Shown here one piece after another: positions 34,921 through 48,720 of a stretch of DNA of 64,000 nucleotides. The stretch spans positions 2,356,001 to 2,420,000 of the forward strand of contig MU058636.1 in the NCBI GenBank assembly GCA_013265495.1. Reading direction: 5' to 3'. Source of the DNA: Vicugna vicugna (lineage: Eukaryota). Every line of letters starts with the position of its first letter. Positions within the stretch are counted from its first letter, which is position 1. Position numbers and translations under genes: made by a program. Below the pieces are notes generated by a model. That model did not search any database. It was given only the letters and a program-made list of their open reading frames with translations, and had not been told where the DNA came from.

Positions 34921-37900
34921 AGACCCCTGCCTCAAATCATAGCAACTCTAAAGGGCTGTCCCGGCTCCAGAGTTCCCTGGAGACCAGCCAAGGCCTTTGC
35001 TGCTCTGCTTCTCCCGCTGTCCAGTCCTGCTGCCTTTACTGCCCCGAGTCCGTGTACCCCCCAGGAGCCCCCCAGAGCCTTCCTCAGTAAACTCTGTGCC
35101 CAAATTCCCATCACAGTCTGTTTCCAGACCAAAGATGTGCCCTCCACCTTTCCTTGATCTCTCTTCTAGGGAAGACCACTATGGCTGCATATCAAGAAGC
35201 ATGTCCTTATAGACAAAGCTTCCTCAAAATGCTTCTCTTCCTACAGGAGAGAGTGAGCAGCACTGGAGGGACTTCAGTGGAGGAAACAGCCTGACCAAGT
35301 GGGCTCTAAGGCTCGTGTTACAGGACTTGCCTGTTCTAACTCACTGTCCCCTGACAGTTCTTCCTTAGTCAAAGGGTGCAGAGGCTCAAATAAATGTGAA
35401 AGCTTCTTATCTTGTGCCTGATTCTGTTCTTAGGCCAAACTTAGCTCCGTGCCCAAGCTCCCAGCGACCCCCAAACAGTTTCACTTTCTCCTTACCTACT
35501 TTTCTTGCACAAACAAAGGAAAGATTTCAGGTCATCAAAATCCCAGAAATGAAAATTACAATGGAGTGAATTTAACTGAGAATTTACTCTTTATCGAACA
35601 ACCGTTCTATGCAGGGGGCTGTATCATGGGGAATAGGAAAAACGCAGAAGACAAACCTTTGCTCTAAAGTTGTCACGGGGCAGATGGAGGGATGGATTCT
35701 GTTCGGACTGAAGCTGGTCACTGTCATGGGAGATGTGCCCGGAAAGGAGGCCACTGGCCACCTGGGGGAGGACTTGATGACAGAGGCCTTGCAAAATCTA
35801 GGTCTTGTGACCAAGAGTAACCCCAGCCACCAGACTCTCTCCATCTGGCCATTAAATGCCATACACCCTCCAAGAGGCACAGATTGAAGATCTGTGGTAA
35901 CTTGTCCTGATTTTTAAAGACAGTGACATTGGGGGAAGATTCAGGGAAAGTCTGGGTCTTTGGCTGTCTTGGACCAAGGTTTCCCACACCAGTCTGGGTG
36001 CAGCCAGTGAGATGGGAACCGCTTACAAATGATCAGAAAAGCCTTTTGAGCTCTTTGGAAATAGACACGGAGTAAACATAATGTTTGCAATATTAATACA
36101 AGAAGAATAACACACTTCTTAGTTGCTCTGTTCATACTGGCAACTGCTATTGTTCACAGGACCTATAGCCTCAACAAAAAGTTAGTATATTTATGTCTGT
36201 CCTGTTTCCTCTGAGAGTCCTATGCGTGTCCCTAGGAAAGAGATCACACTGAGCCAAACACGCAGCCTGCCCAGCGAGTACAGGAAACTCTCAGAGATTT
36301 AGAAGAAAACCTCCTCAGACTCAGAAGGGGGAAAGCGGCCGCATTAGCTCTCGAATCCATCCCCTGCCTTCTGCTGCCTCACAGTGGAGCCTCAGTGCCC
36401 GTCTCCAGTGTCCCTAGGGGGCCTTATCTGCAGTAAATATCCTAGGGGCTGAGCCCCCTGTAGAGCTTGGTACCCAGTCTAACGGAAGCCCACAGGGAGC
36501 CTTGGCGTGGATTCCGAGACAGCTCTGAAGCCCACACTCTGGAGCTCTCGCTGGGCCAGACCAGGAGGCACGGACCCACGGTCGTTTTCTCTGTTTGGTC
36601 AAGGTTCAAAGCTCTGGGACGTGAGGAGGTTCTGGAAGTCTACCGGGGGCTTCTCACAGGGGCCAGGGAGATTCGGGCTGAGCTGGGCCCAGTGCCCTGA
36701 CGTCAGTTTGAAAGGTATAAACATCCCAGAGAGACTGTCAGCTGCCCTCCCTCCAGGACTCTCTAAAGCATCTCCAAACCCGCCCTGGGACTCGAGGCCT
36801 GAACTACATTTGTCCCACAAACCCGAGGCTGGCTGATGCGGCAAGTATTGGCAGGTTCAGAATCCTCTTGGGGCAGCAGAACTGGTCTGGATCCTTCGGG
36901 TCCACGCGCACTACTTTAGAACATTCCCTGGGTGGCTGCCCGTAGTGTTTGGATCTTTGCTTAGAATGTGTTTACCTCAGACCATTAAGGTTTAATGCTC
37001 AGTTGAAGACCATGTCAAAATACATTCAGTTCTTTTCCATGCCTTATATTTGTCTGTATGTCCTCTATTAATAAGACTTAGTTTCTTGTAATTTTTTTTT
37101 CCTGAAAGCAGGCCCCTTTTAACCTCAGTGGGGGGTTCTCTTCTGCATTTTGCAGCAAGTCCTGTGAAGAGGAATGAGTGCAGCCCATTCACCAATGATG
37201 CAAAATGAAGCACACTGCATTCATGTGTCGGGGTTTTCTTCCAAAGGCCAATCCCAGCCATCATCGGTTTGCTGTCACAGGCGTGAACAGACATGTGTAT
37301 AGATACACATATGAAACCAGATCAATATGCACATATAAAGATGCAGTTATTACATACGTGTGTTTATACACAGGTGTGGTATTAGTATTGTGTGCGTGGC
37401 TACATAGGTACATTGGTGGGTACAAATGAGGGGTGTGTGTGTGTGTGTGTGTGTTATGTAATCGTAAAATTTAAGCCAAGTGTGGGATAGGTACAGTATG
37501 TCAATTTCATCGAAGACCAAAAATAAAGTGTTTGTGTTGGAAGATGGAAGTCTTTTCATGATGAATTTAAAATATCTCCTTCCTCAACTGCTATTTTAAG
37601 CTGCACTTGAAGGACTGGACCGCTCTCTGTGTGGGCTCCCTGGGACAAACGCTTCTCCGAGACCCACCTCTCCCCCAGACCTTGGGATTATCCGTAACCA
37701 CCCTGGTGGATGGCTCTCTAACCTGTTTGGAAGAGAAGCTGTTTTGCATTTCCCGAAGCCTTGTGCCCTCCTGCCTGGGGGTGAAGGGGGAGAAGAGGTG
37801 ACAGAGGAAACCCCCGCCAAGTCAGGAGCAGATCGTGGGAGCCTTGACAGCCCCCGACCGCCTCCTTGCTGGGAATCTCTGAGGACTGAGCCGAGGAGCA

Positions 37901-37964
37901 GAGGGAATGGGGTGGAGCCCCAATCCTGGCCCCTGCCTTTCACTCTCAGAGACCCTGCGTTCAG

Positions 37965-38160
37965 TTCTTCGTTAATATACCCAGAGGTGGGATTGCTGGA
38001 CCACGTGGTAGTTCGGTGTTTAATTTTTTGAGGAGCAGCCGCACTGTTTTCCCCAGCACCTGCACCACTTTACATTCCCACCATCAGTGCACAAGGGTTC
38101 TAGCTTCACCTTCTTACCAGCATGTTATTTTCTAGTTTTTGATATGGATTTTTTTTTTTA
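37965..38160 (-). mobile_element. LINE-1 fragment
   Basis: CCCAGAGGTGGGATTGCTGG...TTTACATTCCCACCATCAGTGCACAAGGGTTC. Confidence 0.7.
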
Positions 38161-41100
38161 AGATGAGGAATTCACTAGGTTGTAGCCAGTACTTCCTCTA
38201 AACTTACTCTAAAGATCACCTCCTCAGAACCACCTGCTGTGCTTATAAAAATGCAGACTCCTAACTAACCCCACCTCAGAGCAGGTGGGACCTCTGAGGG
38301 GGAGCTTTTAAGCAAACTCCTGTGGGCACCGCCGCCTGCACTCACAGGAATGCCCCCAACAAGCGCGACTGCAGAGACTTGAGGGGCAGACGACCTTCCG
38401 GCCCCAAAAGCCACATTGCAGAGGAGCGCTCAAGCCGCGCCCACTGGGATAACCTCATCACGCGGACTCAAATGACAGCACAAATTTAAAAAAATCGCAA
38501 GTCATTCATATTGTTTTTTTCAAGTTTTCAGTCTTTTCAACCATGATCTACTAAAAAAAATCAAATCAAGGAAACAGGACGTTTTTAGCTAAGGAAACGC
38601 TCTTGATCAAAACCAGAGCTTTCCTGGTGATCCTCGAATGAAATAGCCCATTATCAGCTTCCTACAGATCTCCCCAGAGCTGTTCTCAGGCAGCGGGAAG
38701 CGCCTTCACCAGGGCCACTTCCCTGGCCCTCACGCCTACTGTGATCTGAGTCATGCCTTTTGTCTGGTGCCTGGAATTTGGGGATGTTTATGAAAAGCTG
38801 TTGTAAATACTAGTCATAATTCCTCTTTTCACAAGATTCTTTATTTCAGAAAAATGAGTAGCTCCTCACGTACAAACGTCAGATCACTTCCAGCTCCATT
38901 GTCACCTGGAAATATTCTCCCTCCTGTTTCACTAGAGATTATTTAAAGGCTTCTGAGAACAGTGTGTCATAGAAATCCTCCAGAGAATATAGATCCTGGG
39001 TTCCCACCAATCATGTTAGAAGGTGCTTTTGCATCAACTGCACCTACTGCATCTTTTGAAGGCAGAAAATGGAATCTTGCTCAAATGCTAATGAAAAGCA
39101 AAATACCTTTTTAAGTGTCGGCTCCTTGAGGTTATCATCTTTTTACTTGCTTCATTTAAGTTCCCAAAGCAGGTGGAGATGTAATGAACACACATGTCAT
39201 GATGATATTTTCCTTAGCACAATAAAACCTTATTTTCAAATTAAACTGCTCTGATATTAAGCATGAACATTTTAAGGTAAAGTGTGATGGTTCATAACTT
39301 TCAAAAAAATAGAGAATGGGTCACTCGAGCTTTCCTGACTGAATGCTGTCTCTCAGCATCTACTTATCCCTCAGACCCATGCGAGGCTAGACCAGATGAA
39401 CGCAGGAGAGCAGGACATAGTCCAGACTGCCCCGCGAGCCTCAAGCAAAACAAACAAAGCTGCCAGAAAAGACAACATTCCACTGAATCCCTGTAAATAA
39501 AACATCTGCACGTGTTCTGTAAACTGTCACTTACCCCTGTTTGTACTCGGCAGACATTGGCGGAAGGAGAAGAGAAAGTTAGAAGTAAAACGGTCAGATG
39601 TGCGTGTCTAGCCAGTAGTCTGGGAGAAATGAGTGTACTGCTTATGGAAGCAAGTGTTTAAAACTGATTTTTTCCTTTAATTCTACTTTTAGTTTCTGTA
39701 GGGACATACGGTAATGGAATTGTCCAGGGTTAAGTGCAGTTCTGTTCATGCAAGTACTGGCTATTTTTACAGGTTCTGAGGCAGGTGAATTATTATCTGG
39801 GTGTTTGGTATCAGTTTGACTGTTTGACTTCAAGCTGGGGAAGAAGGCAGGCAGGGAAAAGTTGGCCTCGATCTTTAATTCTGTTCAACAGAAGACAGTA
39901 GCGAAGACGTCTTTCACGGGTGGTTTAAAACGCCAGAGAACAGAGTTTCTCAAATGAATGTGCGTATAGTTAACATACAAATTCTGGTTTAGCAGGTCGG
40001 GGGTTGGGCCTGAGGCTCTGCATTTCAGGGAAGCTCCCAGGTGGCGCGGGGACTGTTGGTGGGAGGGGCAATGGAGGCGTCAGACACTAGAGCGCTCTGC
40101 TGTGCTGCCCCTTGGTGGCTGTGGAGCCCGGTGAACCTGTGCCCACAGTGCCCGTGGGACGCAAATAGGGGCTTTGCATCTGTCACAGCTGCAGAGCAGA
40201 AAGCCCTGAGCAACAGGAAGACGGGTCCAGCTCATAACCTTCGCCCTCTCGGCTGCTAACCTGCTCGGCTCTGTTATTAATCGGAGTCCTTGTTTTGAGA
40301 TTTAGAAGTGTGTTTTATACTTTCTAGAGGGGTTGTAAAGTGCAAATGAGATTTTTGTGGATGGTGGATGACTTGACAACTTCATCAGAGACAACAGTGC
40401 TCCCGTTTTACAGAGAAATCCGGGACCTACAGACAACGTCCTTCTTTTGGGAGAAGCCCTGTGGGATGGGTGGTGCCGTGAATGTGTCCCTCTCATGAAG
40501 AGCTCCCATTTTTCTTCCCATATTCCTGCTCCTGCCTGTTGTTTTATTTCACAAAAAGTGTTAGTTAAATTTTGTCAGGAACGAGAGGTCATTTTGCCCC
40601 AGGGCTCTGTCACAGAGAAACACCAAGGATTTTGGAAATTCAGTGAGTCAAAGATTAAGGCCAAAGTCTTAAAGTCCTGTGTGGAGAGGTTGCAGCCAAA
40701 TCGCAAAGTCAGCTAGGACTGAGTTTTTACCTTTTACATGATTGCTTTCATTAAGGAGCATGTCTCAGTAAGAGTCGCAGGGTTGTGGGCCAGTTTCATT
40801 CAGAGTTACAGGGTCATGAGCAAGATAGTTCCAAGTTTCTCCTCTTCCTGAAATCGACATATGCCACTCCCTCTGAGACTTTGGGGCCCATGTGCAACCT
40901 CAGGACTCAGTTGTAAGCTCTTTAACTGAGAGCTGCACAGTAGGTTTTGCTGTCCTCGCCTTTACACTGTTCACCTGCCACTACCAGCTCCACCCAGCCG
41001 TTCCTCGTGTACACACCCAGCCACTGAAACACTGCCTCTCATCAGTCTTGAATAACTCTTCATGCAGGTCTTTAGCTTGAGGTCCACAAAGTTAAAGGGG

Positions 41101-42610
41101 GCCTTTTTCAGATGATCACAAGCTCCTGATTCTGACATCAAATTTCCTTTACTCAATGTCCTAGTCATTAGGGCTGTACCTAAATGAACAGTCCAATTCT
41201 CCTCCTCCTCTGGGCACCTGCTAAGCCTGCATTTTGTTGTTTCTTTTAAAATTAGGCTTATCATGTGACTTGTGCTGGCCAATGAAATGCAGGTGGATGT
41301 TATATATTACTTCCAGGAGGCAGTGTTAAGAGCTGGTGCACAATTCTGTTCCCATTCTTCCCATATCACAGAAGCATCTCCCTGGAGGGACCAGCAGCTG
41401 GGTCCCTGGATGGTTACAATGAGAAGAGCACCCCCATCACAACAGCCTGCAGACCACACCACACATGTAGGATGAGCTGCAAGTAAACCTTTGTTGTGTT
41501 AAGCCACCAAAATCATCTGTGTGTATGTATATTTGTTGAGGGGTGTTTGTTACAGCAGCCTAACCTATTCCATCGTGACCGCTCCACTGGCATTCAGGTA
41601 TAATCCTTCATTCGTAAATGCAGAACTGCTAGGAGATGGCCTCCTGATATAGTCTTCATTTTCTGTTGTAGGATGGGGATTGGGAAGGAGTTCTTTCAAG
41701 GTTAAGGTAACGGTTCTCATAAACACCGTGAGGAATCACTTCCTCATCTTCTCAAACAGCCAGCTGATAGTTCAGGAGGAGCTGAAATTAGTTCTTGTAT
41801 GTTGTGAGGACTTCATAAATATTTGTTTATTTATTTAAAAAAAACCTTTAAGATATGTATAAGGCATTCCTGTTCATTCTCCCAACACTGCTCCCAAGGG
41901 CACATCTATATTGGGTAGAGATGAAGGACACGGCTTGGCCTGCCCACTTCTTTGGCTCCATGACCGAGAACTCCCCCAGGTCCTCCCTCACCAGATCCCA
42001 CTTCTGTGGACGTGACCCGTCGCTGACAGTGAAACACTGAGTCAGTGGTGGGCACCCCTCTGTGCACTTGTCCTCAGTCCTTCCTGGGCTTGAAATTAAT
42101 GTGAGCAGAGAAAGCACTCCTCCTCCCTGTCGTTTTGAGTTATGCACGTCTCTGTACAGGCAGCAACTCAGAACCCAGATACGTAAGGTGGGAAACATTT
42201 GTTTTAATTCTCCAGGACAGGTGGTATTCGAAGGTGATTAAGATTTTGGCTTCTGAGCTCGGAGTGCCCGGGCCCGCATGCCACTGTGGCACTCAACCGC
42301 TAGCTGGGTGTCTTGGGCAGCTTCCTCAGCCTCCCTGTGCCCTGGGCTCCTCAGCTGTAAGGTGGGGTTATAATAGTGGGTCTTTTGTTGGCTGTTCTTG
42401 GGAGCATCCGACAAGCCGGCACCTGTAAGAGCAGGCTTGGGAAACAGCAAGTGCCTAGGAAGTGTCAGTCCCCTAAACAGCCCAGAAGGGAGCAGTTTGG
42501 CCCAGTGAGAGTACCGACCTCCTGTCCACCGCGCCCGTGGCCTTCGGCACCTCAGTGACCTCTTCGTGCCTCAGTATGCTGAGCCATCAAAGGGGGATGA
42601 TACCAGTATC

Positions 42611-42698
42611 CAGGGGGTGGGTGCTCAGTGGTAGAGCATGTGCTTAGCACGCACAGGGTCCTGGGTTCAATCTCCACTACCTCCATGAAAAAAAAAAG
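42611..42698 (+). mobile_element. Vic-1-like SINE (short)
   Basis: GCTCAGTGGTAGAGCATGTGCTTAGCAC...CCTGGGTTCAATCTCC followed by poly(A). Confidence 0.8.
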
Positions 42699-44490
42699 TC
42701 CACCATATTGATAAAAATAATAGTGCCTACCTCCCTGGAGTTTTGTGAGGTTAGGATGGAACAGTCCGTGGCACTGTCTCAGCAGACCGCGCTGGGACAC
42801 ACAAACTCTCAGAAAATAGCTGCCGTTCTACAGTCACTACTACTGTTATTTTTATTTTAAAAATTCTTTTAACTTCTCAGCATTTAAAGAAATCTGCTGC
42901 CTCCTTTCCAAACATCCTGTGCTTTCCTCTTCTTTGGGCGGCATTTATCTAACAGTTTGGAAGATCGCATTCCTGGAGTTGTCCACTTTTTCTTTGATGG
43001 AGCAGTTTCTTTGATCCAGGGGGATGCAGTGTTTGTGTTGGCTGTCAACAGGGCAACGCCCAGGAATTATTTTTTAAAACGATCTAATGTAGTTTCCCAG
43101 AAATTCTCCAAAAAAGAAACGTTTTTAGGCAGAAGAAATTGGAGGCTTCCATTAGCTCTTTCACACACCTTGTAGCCCGTCTCCCAGATGCTAACATTCC
43201 CCGCACACCCGACCCTACGCCAGGAACTGCGCGGCTCTGACACTGAAGAGGAGAGTTGTTTGGGTTCATTTGGTCCATTCTTTTTGGTCTGAGGTATATT
43301 TTATACTGGAAGTTTGAAAGAATTGCCTTGTATCTTATATGTAGACTACAGTGAGTTGTTTTTCTGCCCTATATATTTATTCAGGTCTCAGGTCTGTTTC
43401 CTACTTTATTTTACAGTTACTACAAGCTCATCATGAAGCTTCTGTGAAGTCTCCAAATGTTTCAGAATTAGGTAGACATTATTTACTGTCACTTCAGACT
43501 TTAGAAAAACACCACATTCAGCTCAGTTCATGTATTGAAAAGGTCTCTAAAAACACCTGTAGGCATGGAAATAAATTTATTATGAGAAAAACAGCATCTC
43601 TTTCTATCTCTTAACTCTTACAAATTTCTTAGTTCAAGGCAAGCTCTACTCAAATAAAAGTATTTCTCTCAAAATGCTACTACTGATCGTATTCAGGAAT
43701 AAGGCTGAGCCTCATGTATATTCAGAAACCAACACTGGTACGTGCAAGCCTCTGGTCCTCTTTCTCTCAGGACGCTCCCCCTTTCAGAGAAGTGCTGACG
43801 CATGGCCTGGCTGCACTCACGTGCCTGCGGTTTGTAACAGAGCCACGTGCTGGCAGAGGTCAGAGATCAGCCAGGGTGCTGGCAGTTTACACCCCACCTT
43901 GTGATGGGACAGGGCTCTCTGCAAAACCAGCAAGATCTCTTTGGTTGAAAGAGCTTTTTGAAGCTTCAACAAATATCAAAATCACTAAGAAAGTCTGGTG
44001 GGATCCCCACACCACATTGCCTCCGTCATGCGCAACCTGGCAGGATTCATCAGAAGGGGGCTGGTGAAGAGAAGGAAGGACCAGGGGAGTTGGGCTGTTT
44101 CGGGTGGGAACAGAAGAGGCAGCTGGGGATTGTGGGGAAAGCTGAGCTGGGGAAGCGGCATCTAACTGAGGAGCATGTGAAGACAGACATCTGAGTGATC
44201 TGAGTGCTGTGCATTGGGGGAAGGAAGGGTGGAGCAGCTGAATGCGGGGTGGGGGAGGCGGTGGGGAACCTGGGCTTTGGTTGAACATGACGGGGTGGGG
44301 AAAGTAATCTTCTAAAGGCAGCATGCTGCCTATATAGCTGCAGCCAGCATATCTTAACTGAACAATCTGATATGTGGGAAGATGCAGAAATTGTGTGTGC
44401 AGAGGAAGCCACAATCCTGCAACCCTGTTCCAAGTGTACCTGGCTTTGCTCAGCCCCGAGGCCCAAAGTGGGTGGCGCCCCAGCGCACCT

Positions 44491-44504
44491 CCACCAGGGG
44501 GCAC
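44491..44504 (+). promoter_or_regulatory. CTCF core motif
   Basis: CCACCAGGGGGCAC. Confidence 0.55.
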
Positions 44505-45989
44505 TGTGGTCCACGCAAATCCGACGGTTCTAGCCATGCTACTTCTAGGGGGCTGCAGGTAAGATGGGATGATTTGAGGTCGGCTTAATGGAAGGTCTCA
44601 GTTCCACGGGGCTCGGTGTATTAGCTGATGTTCTCTCCCCTCCCCGAGGTACCACCCTCTGCACCGTCTCTGCAGTGTCTGCAGTTAGGCTCTTCCCCAG
44701 GGATGGAGCCGGGCCTTGGACTCTCGCGAATAAACACCCTCGGCTACCTGCTTCCTATCTCTGCTTCTGCTGTGAGCAGCTTGCGCTCTCCAAGGCTAGC
44801 CTGACTGCGGCCTCTTCCTCGGGCCGCTCTTCTCTCCCCTGCCCCTCCTTCAAAGTCCTTCCTTCCAGCTGATCACATCGACTGGGGCAAACTCAGATTT
44901 CTACAGCTTTTTACGGACTAGCTGATCCTCCACCCTCTGATGGAAGAGGTTATTTATTTCTTCCCAGGAAACCTCAACATCGAGATGGGAAAGGACTGGT
45001 TTCCTGGAAGAGCAATTCTAGAAAGACCACCCCCTAGGAAATGAAATAAACTTTTATCTAGGCACTTCCTGTTTCCTCCGTTTCAAGTGCTCCCTCCCCG
45101 GGCCTACCCTGGTGAGAGAACTTCAAAGCTGGGCTCCCAGGTTTAGGCTCCTGGGCTTCTTCCTTTTAACTCTTTGTGGTTTAGGCTAACTGGGCATTTA
45201 GTCATCCTGCAGAATGGTCTGTGGCTATTGAAGGAGCATGATCTTAAAGTGCTGTTCAGTTAATTTCTGACAATACTCTTGGGTGTATCCAATCTATCTG
45301 AACACATATATTGTTCTTGTGGTTCGGGGCTTCAGGAAAGGTGCAGGCCTTACTCAGATGTCCTTGTGAGGTGGAAGGCACACAGTGGGTGACACTGTCT
45401 CTTCTAAATGCAGATTTTCAGATTTAGTTATTACAGCTTGCAAAAATGTATACCCATTACCCCTTCACTTGAAAAATAACGATAATGTCTCTTTCCCCAG
45501 GGCCCAGCTTCTGTTCTGCATGTAATCGTTCTCCGGGACAGGCACAAACAATAACGATGTCTAAGAGTCTCACGGCTGGGGAGTTGTTGCACAGACACGT
45601 GTTGTTGTTGCTTTTTTAAAACTCCCTTTCATAAAGCTAACAGTTCTTGGAAGGAACATGTAAAGAAGCTATCCATCATTTAAACCTCCTTATAAATAAA
45701 TCTATTAAGAGATTAGAAAGATCTTAAGTAAAGGAGGCATAAGAAAGGTGGGTTATGTGAACTTGGGCAAATTACCACCTCTCCGCACCTCATTTTCCTT
45801 GTGGAAAGGGGGAATGAAAAACTATTTCACGAAGTAGTTTGAAGATCAAAATCTAAAGGAGGTGATAAATGGGAAAGTGCTTCATAAAACTCAAATGCAC
45901 CGAACAAATGTCAGACACTAGTTTGGTTTTGATGGAGGCAGATGAAAGAGGGCTGCAGGAGGGGAGAGGGCAGCTGGACAGGGGGACGT

Positions 45990-47660
45990 GATATCTCATC
46001 TAGTGGAATAATGCAGTATTTGTCTTTTTGTGACTGGCTCGGTTCACTTAGCATAATGTCTTCAAGGTTCATCCGTGTTGTGGCATGTGTCAAGATTTCC
46101 TTTTTTTTTTAAGACTGAAAAAGTATCCCATTGTATGTAAATGCCACATTTTCCTTACCCATCCGTCTGCTGATGGACGTTTAAGTTGCTTCCTTCTCTT
46201 GGTTAGTGTGACTAGCGCTACAGTGAACATAGGAGTGCACGTATCTCTTTGAGAACCTGTTTTCAATTCTTTTGAATATGTACCAAGAAATGGGAATGCT
46301 GGATCATATGGCAGCTCCACTTTTAATTTCTTGAGGAACCACCATACTATTTTCCATAGTGGATGCACCATTTTGCATTCCTACCCCAAGTGCACTACAG
46401 TTCCAGTTTCTCTACATTCTTGTCAGCATTTGTTATTGTCTGTTTTTCTCTTTTTTTCTTTTTTATAGTAACCATCCTCATGGGTGTAAGGTGACATCTC
46501 ATTGTGGTTTTGCTTTGCACTTCCCTGATGATTAGTGATGTGGAATATCTATTTATGTGCTTTTTGGCCATTTATATGTCTTTTTTGGAGAAAAGCCTGC
46601 TCCAATCCTTAGTCCATTTTAAACTTGGATTATTTGTTTTTTTGTTGTTGAGTTGTGGGAGTTCTTTATATGTTCTGAATATTAACCCCTTATCAGATAC
46701 CTGATTTGCAGTTAGCTCCTCCCATTCTCTAGGTTATCTTTTCATGCTGTTGGTTGTTTCCTTTGGCACACAGACGTTTTAAAGTTTGATGTAGTCCCAC
46801 TTGTCTATTTTTGCTTTTATTGCCTATGCTCTTGGTTTTACAAGAAGTCCTTGCTAAGTCCAGTCTCATGAAGCTTTTCCCCTGTGTTTTATTCTAGGAG
46901 TGTTATAGTTTCAGGCCCTATATTTAGCTCTTTAGTCAATTTTGAGTTAATTTTTGTTCATAGTGTAAGATAAGGATCCAACTTCCTTTTTTTTTCCACA
47001 TATGATTGTCCGGTTTTCCCAGTGCCATTTGTTGAAGAGACTGCCCTTTCCCCATTGTCGAAGATCATACATGTGAGGATTTCTTCCTTATCCCCTTGGG
47101 CTATATGTCTGTCTTTACGTCAGTGCTATACTGTTTTTTAATATGTTTTGAAATAAGGACATGTGAGGCCTCTAGCTTTGTTTTTCTTTCTCAAGATTGG
47201 TTTGGCTATTTGGGGTTCTTTGAGAGTCCATATAAATTTAGGATGGTTTTTCCTATTTCTGCAAAAAATGCCATTTCATATGGATTTTGACTTTGATAGG
47301 GACAGCATTGAATCTGTAGCTTACTTTGGGTAGTACAGACATTTTAACAATATTAAATCATCTAATCCATGAACATGGGATGTCTTTCCATTTATTTGTG
47401 TCTTTTAAAATTTATTCTAGTATTTTGTTTTCAGTTTTCAGTATTTTAGTCTTTTGCCTCTTTGGTTAAATTTATTTCTAAATGTTTCATTCTTTTTAAT
47501 AGGATTGTAAATGGAATTGTTTTCTTCACTTCCTTTTCAGGTTGTTCATTAGTGTACAGAAATGTATAGAAATGTTAGTGTATAGAAATGCAACTGATTT
47601 TTGCATGTTGATTTTGTATCCTGCAACTTTGAGTCATCTGTTTATTAGTTTTAACAGGTT

Positions 47661-47693
<33 letters not shown>

Positions 47694-48360
47694 ATGTGTG
47701 TGTATAATCTTTAAGGTTTCCTACAGATAAGATCAGGTCATCTGCAAACAGAGATGATTTTACTTCCTTTCTAATTTAGATGAAGTGGCAAGAGTGGGCA
47801 TCCTTGTCTTGTACTCTATCTTAGAGAGAAAGCTTTCAGTTTTTCACTATTGAGTGTGACACTACCTGGGGCTTTATTTTCATATACGGTCTTTATTGAG
47901 AAAATTTTCTCTCCTCCTAGTTTGTTGAATGTTTCTTTATCATGAAAAGGTATTAAACTTTGTCAAATGCTTTTTCTGTATCAGTTGAGATGATTGTGTG
48001 GTTTGTGCCCTTCATTCTGTGAATGTGGTGTATTATAGTGATTGATTTGACTATCTTGCCTTCCAGGAATAAATCCCACTTGATCATGGTGCCTAATCTT
48101 TTAAATGTGTTGTTGAAGTTGGCTTGCTAGTACTTTGTTGAGGATTTTTGCATCAATATTTATCAGGGATATTGACTTGTAGTTTTCTTTTGCTACAGTA
48201 TTTTTGTCTGATTTTATTATCAAGGTAATGCTGGCCTTATGAAATTAGGAAGTGTTCTCTCTTTTTCAATTTTTTTTTGGAAGAGATTGAGAAGGATTGG
48301 TGTCAATTTTCCTTTAAATGCTTGATAGAATTCTCCAATGAAGCAGTTTGACCCTGGGCC
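45990..48360 (-). mobile_element. LINE-1 ORF2 3' half, decayed
   Basis: Translates to HPLWKIVWWFLKKLKVELPYDPAFPFLG and MNLEDIMLSE.SQSQKDKY, typical of the ORF2 C-terminus. Confidence 0.92.
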
Positions 48361-48429
48361 AATGTGATTTTTTTTTGATTATATAATGTAATGTGTCTAC
48401 ATTTGAAATATCCCTATTACTAGTGAACC

Positions 48430-48720
48430 AAAAATTTTCAACTGACCAGTGCATAATGTTATAAAATCATGTCTGAGAAAAAGTGCCATTTGAAGTGCAA
48501 GATAGACCAATGAATTTTAATGTGACAGAGTATGAAAATTTGACTGATATAGTTTCAACTTTTACACTGCCACTAGCCATTTGTTATGTTTTGGTGTCCT
48601 ATCCAAGAAAATACCAAAAATTATCTTAAAAGATTATTAAAATGCTCCTTCTTTTACTATTGCATTTTGTGTGAGACTGGATTTTCTTCTACTACTTCAG
48701 CCACTACATATCACAGCAGC
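48430..48720 (+). mobile_element. hAT-Charlie DNA transposon internal fragment
   Basis: AAGTGCAAGATAGACCAATGAATTTTAATGTGACAGAGTATGAAAA...TTTTGGTG, resembling Charlie1 as I recall it. Confidence 0.55.

Noticed and set aside
39370..39570. Exon-like signals on the - strand (ATG...GG/gtaagt and tttatttacag/)
   Set aside because: The implied intron is only about 40 nt and the peptides match nothing I recognise.
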